From the IMG/VR virus record IMGVR_UViG_3300036399_001267: DNA of 64,000 nt, one strand, 5' to 3'. The stretch's first letter is position 1; each line of letters begins with the position of its first letter. This stretch comes from an uncultured virus (IMG/VR IMGVR_UViG_3300036399_001267). Its lineage: Duplodnaviria > Heunggongvirae > Uroviricota > Caudoviricetes. Made by a program: the position numbers and the translations under genes. Below the pieces are notes generated by a model. It did not search any database, was not told where the DNA came from, and worked only from the letters and a program-made list of their open reading frames with translations. Of this stretch, positions 1 through 6,509 are shown one piece after another.

Positions 1-65
1 ATTGGCTAACATCGCACACTGTCACTGTGCAGACTTGCTCGGTTCGAATCCGGCTACCCTCGCCA
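1..65 (+). tRNA. tRNA-Asp(GTC), 5' end truncated by the window
   Basis: Anticodon arm gcaca-ctGTCac-tgtgc, T loop ttcgaat, 3' CCA. Confidence 0.85.
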
Positions 66-72
66 TTTCAAT

Positions 73-146
73 TGGCTATTAGCTCAATAGTAGAGCATTC
101 GGCTGATAACCGAAAGAACACGGGGCGGTACCGTGATAGCCAACCA
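73..146 (+). tRNA. tRNA-Ile(GAT), atypical T loop GGCGGTA
   Basis: Acceptor tggctat/atagcca, anticodon arm ttcgg-ctGATaa-ccgaa, CCA. Confidence 0.9.
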
Positions 147-153
147 TTTTAAC

Positions 154-230
154 GCACTCGTAGCTCAATTGGATAGAGCAACTCGTTTCTACCGAGAAGG
201 TTGCAGGTTCAAGTCCTGCCGGGTGTGCCA
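154..230 (+). tRNA. tRNA-Arg(TCT)
   Basis: Cloverleaf with anticodon arm ctcg-ttTCTac-cgag, T loop ttcaagt, CCA. Confidence 0.9.
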
Positions 231-235
231 TTTTT

Positions 236-309
236 GCCTTCATAGTATAAAAGTATTACACATCATTGGTAATGATGAAACGCAGGGGCGGTACCTGCTG
301 GAGGCTCCA
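236..309 (+). tRNA. tRNA-Thr(GGT), atypical T loop GGCGGTA
   Basis: Anticodon arm catca-ttGGTaa-tgatg, acceptor gccttca/tggaggc, CCA. Confidence 0.88.
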
Positions 310-362
310 TATTAAAAATATATTTAGAAGTGTGGGGATTATATATATAGTAAAATAAATTT

Positions 363-1166
363 ATGGAATCTACAAACGCTCCCCAAACATTTTCGTTTAC
401 TAATAAAAAGGTATTATATGCAATAATTGCTGTAATTGTATTGGTAATTTTTGGATTATACACATTATTTAGTTCATTGAATAGAGATAATAAAGCTTTA
501 ACTAAGAAGGTTGTTAATCAGACTGAGATTGTTGTAAATCAAAGTTTATTAATTACCAATTTAAATCAAAAGAATGTGGAATTGGCGACGTTATTGAAGA
601 GTTATGACAATAAATTGAGTATATTGCATACTAATTTAACTCAGTTACAAAGTATTACCGAGAAGTTAAAAGTATCATCTGATGAAAAGGATGTGAAGAT
701 TAAAGATTTGTCTCAAGAAAAAACTGCGCTTGAATCTGATTTAAAGTCTTTGCGTAATACGCTTACAAAAATGACTAAAGAGATCGTAGATTTGAGTGAT
801 GAACTTAAAGTTGCTAAGACTGACAAAGATCAAAATGATCTTGTAGCTAAGATTGAAGAGCTTACGAAAGAAAGAGATTTTTTGAAGAACAAGATTGCTG
901 AGTATGAAAAGATCATAGAAGAATTGAAGAAAGAAAATGCACTTTTGGCTCAAAATTTGCGACAAAATCTGAAAAAAGATGGATATGAATTTCACAACAA
1001 ATTGGGAGAGTGGCCAAAAGGTGCAGAAGTGTTGATGAGGATTGCTAAGCAAAATGCACAAAAGATTTTAGATGAAGTTAACAAAACTGATGAGCCAAAA
1101 GAAGAAGAAAAACCTAAAAAAGTAGGTTTTTGGAAGCGTATTTTTGGTTCGGGTGAAACTGAATGA
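363..1166 (+). CDS. Membrane-anchored coiled-coil protein
   Basis: 267 aa ORF, one N-terminal hydrophobic helix followed by long heptad-rich sequence. Confidence 0.75.
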   Translation: MESTNAPQTFSFTNKKVLYAIIAVIVLVIFGLYTLFSSLNRDNKALTKKVVNQTEIVVNQSLLITNLNQKNVELATLLKSYDNKLSILHTNLTQLQSITEKLKVSSDEKDVKIKDLSQEKTALESDLKSLRNTLTKMTKEIVDLSDELKVAKTDKDQNDLVAKIEELTKERDFLKNKIAEYEKIIEELKKENALLAQNLRQNLKKDGYEFHNKLGEWPKGAEVLMRIAKQNAQKILDEVNKTDEPKEEEKPKKVGFWKRIFGSGETE

Positions 1167-1172
1167 TTTAAT

Positions 1173-1246
1173 GCCTGTTTAGTTTAGTGGTAAAACGGTT
1201 GTTTCGTAAACAACGATCACAGGTTCGATTCCAGTAACAGGCTCCA
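1173..1246 (+). tRNA. tRNA-Thr(CGT)
   Basis: Anticodon arm gttgt-ttCGTaa-acaac, T loop ttcgatt, CCA. Confidence 0.9.
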
Positions 1247-1253
1247 TATTAGT

Positions 1254-1328
1254 GTCTCGTTGGTCGAGTAGTTAGGCAGCTGTCTGCAAAACAGCATTAG
1301 GTTGGTGCAAATCCAACACGGGACTCCA
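1254..1328 (+). tRNA. tRNA-Cys(GCA), T loop TGCAAAT
   Basis: Anticodon arm gctgt-ctGCAaa-acagc, U73 discriminator, CCA. Confidence 0.9.
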
Positions 1329-1345
1329 TTTTTTATATATTTATT

Positions 1346-1822
1346 ATGTATATGATATTATTGAGAAATTTACTCTCTGAGGCGCCTATTGGGTTAACAG
1401 TATATAGAGGGGTTAATCCAGCTTATGGAGATGTAGGTTTGGGTATCAATAGTACCAAGATAGGTGATAAATTAGTTGCGACATTGGGGCCTAATCATAC
1501 TGATAATTTAGATGTTGCTAAGCGATTTGGCAAACAGATAATAACTACTAAATTAAATGGATCTGGATTGGAATTGGCTCATTATAATGATATAATTAAT
1601 TTATATAAGCAGTATGAAAATATGTTACCGCCTGGTCTTGCAAAACAAATCAAATATAGTAGTGGACAAGAACAATTGAATCTAATACAATTAGCTGGTA
1701 AAGAATTGCGTAATATATTGAGTAAGAAATATGGATATATCAAGAGTCCGCTAGCGGTGAGTGATGCTAATTATTTAAGTCAAAAAGGATTAACAGGAGA
1801 TTTGTATATACCGTTGAGATAA
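1346..1822 (+). CDS. Hypothetical protein, possible ADP-ribosyltransferase-like fold (start may be 1352)
   Basis: TVYRGV strand followed by HTDNLDVAKRFG, similar to the motif layout of ART toxins; N-terminal MILLRNLLSE. Confidence 0.5.
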   Translation: MYMILLRNLLSEAPIGLTVYRGVNPAYGDVGLGINSTKIGDKLVATLGPNHTDNLDVAKRFGKQIITTKLNGSGLELAHYNDIINLYKQYENMLPPGLAKQIKYSSGQEQLNLIQLAGKELRNILSKKYGYIKSPLAVSDANYLSQKGLTGDLYIPLR

Positions 1823-1841
1823 TCAAACTACTTATTTAGGT

Positions 1842-2015
1842 ATGGAAAGATCTAATCTCTATCAAAAGTTTTTGCAGTTAAAAAATGAAATAGAAAAACA
1901 CAAATGGATAGAGAGTGAGAAAAAAGGTAATGATATAGGTTTTGAGCGAGCATTAGTTGATTGGATGTCTAAACATAGAAATGGTTGGTGTGAGAATATA
2001 AAGCAGAATAAATAA
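1842..2015 (+). CDS. Small DUF4032-like protein (57 aa, below the ORF-track cutoff)
   Basis: Translated by hand: MERSNLYQKFLQLKNEIEKHKWIESEKKGNDIGFERALVDWMSKHRNGW...; the HKW-x-ESEK-x3-DIG-x7-W pattern recalls DUF4032. Confidence 0.7.
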   Translation: MERSNLYQKFLQLKNEIEKHKWIESEKKGNDIGFERALVDWMSKHRNGWCENIKQNK

Positions 2016-2035
2016 AATTAATATATTTATAATAT

Positions 2036-2464
2036 ATGACCAAATCCGATTTTAAAAAAATTATAAAAGAATTGATGCTAGAAGTACTTTCCGAAGATTA
2101 TAAAGGTGAACCAAATCACGCAGCAGAAGTAGAAAGTGATAAATTAACCGCAACTCTTTCTGAAGATGACACCATTAAAGACATTAAGGATTTAGAGAAG
2201 TTGTTGAAGAACCCGGATCCAAGTAGAGTAAAAGATTATGGTTCTATTGATAAGTATAAAAAAATGTTAATAGCTAAAATTGCTAGATTAAAGAAACAAA
2301 AAAATGAAAGTGGCGATCCTTTTAGAGACATTGTGAAAAAGTATGCTAGTCTTTATAGAGATAGTGAATTATCCCGTAGAGAGAAGGAAGATTATTTTAA
2401 ATGGTTGCAAACAAATCAGCCTGAAAAATTCAAAAAGGTTGTAGATAAGATTAAAAAGAAGTAA
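2036..2464 (+). CDS. Hypothetical protein, candidate internal head protein
   Basis: 142 aa charged ORF with N-terminal KKIIKELMLEVLSE; preceded by TATTTAT. Confidence 0.65.
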   Translation: MTKSDFKKIIKELMLEVLSEDYKGEPNHAAEVESDKLTATLSEDDTIKDIKDLEKLLKNPDPSRVKDYGSIDKYKKMLIAKIARLKKQKNESGDPFRDIVKKYASLYRDSELSRREKEDYFKWLQTNQPEKFKKVVDKIKKK

Positions 2465-2491
2465 AAATATAGGTTTAAATTTAAACAAGTG

Positions 2492-2528
2492 AAACGATTA
2501 ATGTAAAAATTAATCGTTTTATTTTTTA
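2492..2528 (+). terminator. Probable intrinsic terminator
   Basis: aaacgattaa-loop-ttaatcgttt followed by a T-rich tract. Confidence 0.55.
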
Positions 2529-2556
2529 TTGACAATCGACCGTTAACAAGTATAAT
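2529..2556 (+). promoter_or_regulatory. Sigma70-type promoter
   Basis: TTGACA-N16-TATAAT, ending 11 nt before ATG 2568. Confidence 0.75.
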
Positions 2557-2567
2557 AAAAGTATAGT

Positions 2568-2891
2568 ATGAATGAATTAAGTAAAATTGATATGGCGAAT
2601 TTAGTCTTTAGTGAAGACAAAAAGATTAAAATCAAAAATGTATTATGTGATAAGTATGGTGCGACTGACGTTCAATATAGAGACCTATCATATGGTATTT
2701 GTATTGATGTAGTTGGAACTGACAGTTTTAGATTTGTCAAGAATGCCATAATGAAAACATTGGACGTTCATGAAGAAACGTTATCTGTTTTGGGCGAAAG
2801 TAAGAGAAGCATGAAAGCTTCTTATGTTTATTTGCCTGAAAAAGATAAAGCATTGAACAAACGTCTTAAAAAGTTAAAGACTACAGTCTAA
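2568..2891 (+). CDS. Hypothetical protein
   Basis: 107 aa ORF behind a consensus promoter. Confidence 0.7.
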   Translation: MNELSKIDMANLVFSEDKKIKIKNVLCDKYGATDVQYRDLSYGICIDVVGTDSFRFVKNAIMKTLDVHEETLSVLGESKRSMKASYVYLPEKDKALNKRLKKLKTTV

Positions 2892-3038
2892 AAATAATAA
2901 GTTATAATATTATTATAATAACTATATATAAATTAAATAATCAATTTCGAAAGGTGCATTTTTGACTTTTCGGATAACGTTAAGCTGTTCTTAACGTCGT
3001 TAGTAAACATAAACAAACAAAATAAAGGATAGTTAAAT

Positions 3039-3749
3039 ATGAAGAAAGTATTAGTATTATTGTCAGTATTGGCCGCTCTAGCAGTATCAGCTGGCGACAA
3101 CTCAAACCTCTCAGTAGAAGCTGGGTACAACAACCAATACATCGTAAATGGTGTAGCTCGTTCCGAGGGATCAGCATTTGTTGGTGTAGGTGCTGTAAAG
3201 AGTTTAAAGTATGCGGATGTATACTTGGGTGGTACTCTATTGGCTAATGGTGATCAAGATCAATCACACTGGACGTTGGGTGCTGGTAAGGAAGTTAGTG
3301 TATGGAAGGATGTATTTTCTGCCCGTGCTGACGCTACTGTAACTCGCCATCAAGCTGGTAGTTTTGGTATTCCAAACAGTACTGAATTTGGTGTTAAGTT
3401 GGCTCTACCAAACAAGTTGGCAACTCCATATGTACGTGGTGCATTTGACATTGACCTAGACCAAAAGGGTGCATTCGTTGGTTTGGAACGTGCTCAAAAG
3501 TTGCCATTTGGTTTTGTAATTACTCCCGCTGTTGAATACGGTAAGGTATTTGGCGTATCGAGTGATTATACAGCTGTAAATGCTAAGGCATCATTGACTC
3601 GTCCATTCGAAACTTCATTTGGTGTATTGACTCCATTTGCTACTGTTGGATGGTATGATAATAATTTCAAGGTTGGCAATTATAATTGGGCAACCCGTGA
3701 ATTTAGTGGAGATGTAGTATATTCTGGTGGTTTGAGATTAACCTTCTAA
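3039..3749 (+). CDS. Outer-membrane beta-barrel protein (porin-like, possibly TorF-like)
   Basis: Signal peptide MKKVLVLLSVLAALAVSA, amphipathic beta strands, C-terminal beta-signal GLRLTF, SD-like aaggatag. Confidence 0.8.
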   Translation: MKKVLVLLSVLAALAVSAGDNSNLSVEAGYNNQYIVNGVARSEGSAFVGVGAVKSLKYADVYLGGTLLANGDQDQSHWTLGAGKEVSVWKDVFSARADATVTRHQAGSFGIPNSTEFGVKLALPNKLATPYVRGAFDIDLDQKGAFVGLERAQKLPFGFVITPAVEYGKVFGVSSDYTAVNAKASLTRPFETSFGVLTPFATVGWYDNNFKVGNYNWATREFSGDVVYSGGLRLTF

Positions 3750-3773
3750 TCTAAACCAGAATAGTGTATGATG

Positions 3774-3801
3774 ACCCGCTTAGAAATAAGCGGGTTTTTT
3801 T
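3774..3801 (+). terminator. Intrinsic terminator
   Basis: acccgctta-gaaa-taagcgggt followed by a T tract. Confidence 0.85.
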
Positions 3802-3840
3802 ATTTTAATAGTCTATTTATAATTAAAGAAAGGTTTATTT

Positions 3841-4794
3841 ATGTCATCAACAAGTGGATCAAGTGGTAGTAGCGGAATAGGCACTTCCTCATTAAAAACA
3901 ATAGTTCTTCAATCGAAATCTGTAGTAACTAAATTTATATCTAATATATTGGTACCAAAAGTGATACATAGTACGGCAGTTGGTAGTAGTGGAATAGGTG
4001 GCAGTAGTGGATCTTCTGATAGTGTACGTACTAATTGGATATCGAATATTAAATCCACACTGATAAAAATGATGGTAGCCAGCAAAGACCGTAGTTTATT
4101 CAGTGCATTTATCCAATCTACTTTTTCTTGGGTTCGAAATCCTGCTTCTTGGGTGACATCTTATAAATGGACAGGTACTGCTGCTGGTATAAATGGACTT
4201 GGTGGTGTTGGAGGTGGAACTCTTATTACTAGCAAGCATGTCTTATTGTCTGCACACGTTCCTTATTTGCCAAATTCAGAAATCTTTTTTGTTAACGATA
4301 ACAATGTGACTTTCAAATACAACATCATCAAGATCGACAAGATTGATGGAAGTGATATTGCAATTGGAACGCTTGATCGATCAATTGATAGTAGTCTTAA
4401 GATATATTCAGTATTACCAGACAACTGGCAACAATATATCAAAACTGAAATTAATAGTGTGATGGGGGTACAATTCATAACTTTACGGTTACCTGTGTTG
4501 TTCCTCAATCAAGACAAAAAAGTTTCAATTGGAGATATGACACGATTGATTGATGCAGTTGCTGATGTAGAATCTTCAGTATTTGGTACATCACAATCGT
4601 ATTATGAAACACAAAGAGTTGGTGATTCTGGAAATCCAATATTTGTGCAGGTAGGCAGTGAACTGGTACTGTTGGGTGCGTGGTATAAAGTTGGATCTTT
4701 TGCTTGGGTAATCAGTAGAAAAACTCAAATTGAGTCTATTATTGGTCAAAAACTGAACGTAATTAATATGACTGGATTTGAGAAGGTATCCTGA
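3841..4794 (+). CDS. Trypsin-like (S1/PA clan) serine protease with Ser/Gly-rich N-terminus
   Basis: GGTLITSKHVLLSAH (His), DIAIG (Asp) and GDSG (Ser) catalytic motifs in order. Confidence 0.85.
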   Translation: MSSTSGSSGSSGIGTSSLKTIVLQSKSVVTKFISNILVPKVIHSTAVGSSGIGGSSGSSDSVRTNWISNIKSTLIKMMVASKDRSLFSAFIQSTFSWVRNPASWVTSYKWTGTAAGINGLGGVGGGTLITSKHVLLSAHVPYLPNSEIFFVNDNNVTFKYNIIKIDKIDGSDIAIGTLDRSIDSSLKIYSVLPDNWQQYIKTEINSVMGVQFITLRLPVLFLNQDKKVSIGDMTRLIDAVADVESSVFGTSQSYYETQRVGDSGNPIFVQVGSELVLLGAWYKVGSFAWVISRKTQIESIIGQKLNVINMTGFEKVS

Positions 4795-4834
4795 AAGTTA
4801 ATGAAGTTTATTTGAAAATTATTTAATAATTTTG

Positions 4835-4863
4835 TTGATTTTGAATTTCAAACACTATATATT
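4835..4863 (+). promoter_or_regulatory. Candidate sigma70-type promoter for the leader ORF
   Basis: TTGATT-N17-TATATT, ending 9 nt before ATG 4873. Confidence 0.5.
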
Positions 4864-4872
4864 ATTACGAAT

Positions 4873-4926
4873 ATGAATTTAATTTCACAACCTAGTCAAG
4901 CCAGTCAACTCCCATCCGGAAGTTGA
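4873..4926 (+). CDS. Putative attenuator leader peptide MNLISQPSQASQLPSGS
   Basis: 17-codon ORF overlapping alternative hairpins, upstream of a terminator and the tRNA array. Confidence 0.5.
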   Translation: MNLISQPSQASQLPSGS

Positions 4927-4953
4927 GTGAGAGGTTGTTTGCTATAAAGATCC

Positions 4954-4990
4954 AACCCGTCACTCTACGAAAAAAGAATGACGGGTTTTT
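4954..4990 (+). terminator. Intrinsic terminator (candidate attenuator 3:4 hairpin)
   Basis: aacccgtca...tgacgggtt followed by a T tract. Confidence 0.8.
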
Positions 4991-5001
4991 GATTTTAGTG
5001 G

Positions 5002-5029
5002 TTGACAATTTGAGAAGGTATGGTAAATT
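5002..5029 (+). promoter_or_regulatory. Sigma70-type promoter upstream of the tRNA array
   Basis: TTGACA-N16-TAAATT with an extended -10 TG. Confidence 0.6.
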
Positions 5030-5169
5030 AGAAATATAACGAACGGGGTTGAAACTCTATCTGATGTCCCCAACGAAAGTTAAAACATTTGATCGGTCAC
5101 TGGGTGTTATGCTGAAATACAGAACCCAACTGGCGATAATTAAAATAAGTTAAATAACAATTTTTAAAT

Positions 5170-5244
5170 GGGCGGTTAGCTCAGTGGAAGAGCAGGACCT
5201 TTACACGGTCAAGGCCAGAGGTTCAAATCCTTTACCGCCTACCA
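5170..5244 (+). tRNA. tRNA-Val(TAC)
   Basis: Anticodon arm gacc-ttTACac-ggtc, T loop ttcaaat, CCA. Confidence 0.92.
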
Positions 5245-5251
5245 TTTTAAT

Positions 5252-5325
5252 CGGTCACAAGTGTTACGGTAGCATACGTGCTTTGGGAGCATGGGGAGAC
5301 AGTTCAATTCTGTCGTGGCCGACCA
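5252..5325 (+). tRNA. tRNA-Pro(TGG)
   Basis: Acceptor cggtcac/gtggccg, anticodon arm cgtgc-ttTGGga-gcatg, CCA. Confidence 0.88.
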
Positions 5326-5332
5326 TTTTATT

Positions 5333-5417
5333 GGGCATATGATGTAATTGGCAGCCATGCGAGTCTTAGAAGCTCGTGGAGAAATCCGTGGGGGTTCAAG
5401 TCCCTCTATGCCCACCA
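5333..5417 (+). tRNA. tRNA-Leu(TAG)
   Basis: Anticodon arm cgagt-ctTAGaa-gctcg, long variable arm, CCA. Confidence 0.92.
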
Positions 5418-5425
5418 ATTTAAAT

Positions 5426-5503
5426 GGTTACGTAGACCAACTGGAAGGAGTCGTCTATCTCAAAAATAGAATAGTGCTGGTTCGAATCCAGTCGTAACTA
5501 CCA
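5426..5503 (+). tRNA. tRNA-Leu(CAA) with short variable loop
   Basis: Anticodon arm tctat-ctCAAaa-ataga, 5-nt variable loop, T loop ttcgaat, CCA. Confidence 0.85.
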
Positions 5504-5511
5504 ATTTCAAT

Positions 5512-5596
5512 GGGTGTGTGGATGAGGGAAACTGGCACAACCGCAATACTTAAGATATTGTATCCTATGTAGGTTCGAATCCTACCACACCTACCA
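5512..5596 (+). tRNA. tRNA-Leu(TAA)
   Basis: Anticodon arm caata-ctTAAga-tattg, T arm gtagg-ttcgaat-cctac, enlarged D region, CCA. Confidence 0.85.
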
Positions 5597-5605
5597 ATTT
5601 TATAT

Positions 5606-5698
5606 GGATGATAGGCAGATATAAGCTGGCTGCACTAGTCTTGAAAACTAGGTCCGTCTAAAAAACGGAGGTCCGGGCAGTACGGACATCATCCGCCA
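5606..5698 (+). tRNA. tRNA-Ser(TGA), atypical T loop GGCAGTA
   Basis: Anticodon arm ctagt-ctTGAaa-actag, long variable arm, G73, CCA. Confidence 0.88.
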
Positions 5699-5782
5699 TT
5701 TTAATACAACTCCACTTGACAATGGAACCGAAGACTGATAATATCGTCTCTTGAAGAAATCGGAGTTTGTCAAAAGATTTAT

Positions 5783-5875
5783 GGAGGTGACGTAGATAGT
5801 CAGGTTTCTACAGCAGTTTGCTAAACTGCCGTGGTCTAAAAGCCACTGAGGGGGCAGCACCCTTCGCCTCCGCCA
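5783..5875 (+). tRNA. tRNA-Ser(GCT), atypical T loop GGCAGCA
   Basis: Anticodon arm gcagt-ttGCTaa-actgc, long variable arm, G73, CCA. Confidence 0.88.
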
Positions 5876-5878
5876 TTT

Positions 5879-5952
5879 GCGGGTATAGCTTAGTGGTAAA
5901 GCGCCAGTCTTCCAAACTGGCAAGGTGAGTTCGATTCTCACTACCCGCTCCA
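5879..5952 (+). tRNA. tRNA-Gly(TCC)
   Basis: Acceptor gcgggta/tacccgc, anticodon arm ccagt-ctTCCaa-actgg, CCA. Confidence 0.93.
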
Positions 5953-5959
5953 ATTTAAC

Positions 5960-6033
5960 TGGGGATTTGCATAATGGTAGTGCGGCAGACTTTGAATCTG
6001 CTTGTGGTGGTTCGATTCCATCATCCCCAACCA
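5960..6033 (+). tRNA. tRNA-Gln(TTG)
   Basis: U1-A72 acceptor tggggat/atcccca, anticodon arm gcaga-ctTTGaa-tctgc, CCA. Confidence 0.92.
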
Positions 6034-6040
6034 ATTTAAT

Positions 6041-6116
6041 CGGAATGTAATGTCAATAGTAGACGGCCTGGTTTGGAGCTAGGAGGTTGCAGGTGCGAGT
6101 CCTGTCATTCCGACCA
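6041..6116 (+). tRNA. tRNA-Pro(TGG), second copy, with A37 and T loop TGCGAGT
   Basis: Acceptor cggaatg/cattccg, anticodon arm cctgg-ttTGGag-ctagg, CCA. Confidence 0.87.
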
Positions 6117-6123
6117 TTTTATA

Positions 6124-6239
6124 TATCAGACAACGGTAGAGGTTTGAACTTGGCTAGGTCCGAAACAATAACCAACGGCTGTGTTCGGCTAATAATCTGT
6201 GGGTTAAATATGCCCATAAAACCGCCAAGGTGTCTGGTA
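6124..6239 (+). ncRNA. Unassigned structured RNA at the end of the tRNA array
   Basis: Closing stem tatcagaca/tgtctggta, inner stem cttggc/gccaag and two internal hairpins. Confidence 0.5.
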
Positions 6240-6256
6240 ATTTTTTGTTTTTTGAT

Positions 6257-6285
6257 TTGACTTATACTATATATTGGTGTAAGAT
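6257..6285 (+). promoter_or_regulatory. Sigma70-type promoter before tRNA-Ala
   Basis: TTGACT-N17-TAAGAT. Confidence 0.55.
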
Positions 6286-6293
6286 TTTTAAAT

Positions 6294-6368
6294 GGGCTGT
6301 TAGTGATAGTGGTAGCACGGGAGCTTTGCAAGCTTTAGGGAAGAGTTCGATTCTCTTACGGTCCACCA
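6294..6368 (+). tRNA. tRNA-Ala(TGC)
   Basis: G3:U70 identity pair, anticodon loop ttTGCaa, CCA. Confidence 0.92.
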
Positions 6369-6420
6369 TTTTAAATTAATGTATGTTGGTTAGTTTCAAC
6401 TATATATTAATGTTGAGATC

Positions 6421-6494
6421 GCGGGTATGATGTAGTGGTAGCCTGCAACCTTGCCAAGGTCGATGTGCCGGTTCGATTCCGGCTACCCGCTCCA
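6421..6494 (+). tRNA. tRNA-Gly(GCC)
   Basis: Acceptor gcgggta/tacccgc, anticodon loop ttGCCaa, CCA. Confidence 0.92.
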
Positions 6495-6509
6495 ATTTTA
6501 TAATGTGTT

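Noticed and set aside
133..463. ORFs 133-315 (+) and 263-463 (-)
   Set aside because: They overlap tRNA genes or the antisense strand of a real gene; spurious
4924..4947. TGA read-through or genetic-code reassignment extending the leader peptide by VRGCLL
   Set aside because: TGA ends several clear genes (1166, 4794, 7924), conserved genes are intact in code 11, and no suppressor tRNA is seen in this window
5061..5080. ctgatg...cgaaa resembling a hammerhead ribozyme core
   Set aside because: The core reads CUGAUGU rather than CUGANGA, and no stem II can form before GAAA
5278..6331. ORFs 5278-5469, 5648-6034 and 6119-6331
   Set aside because: Translations of tRNA genes or their antisense strand
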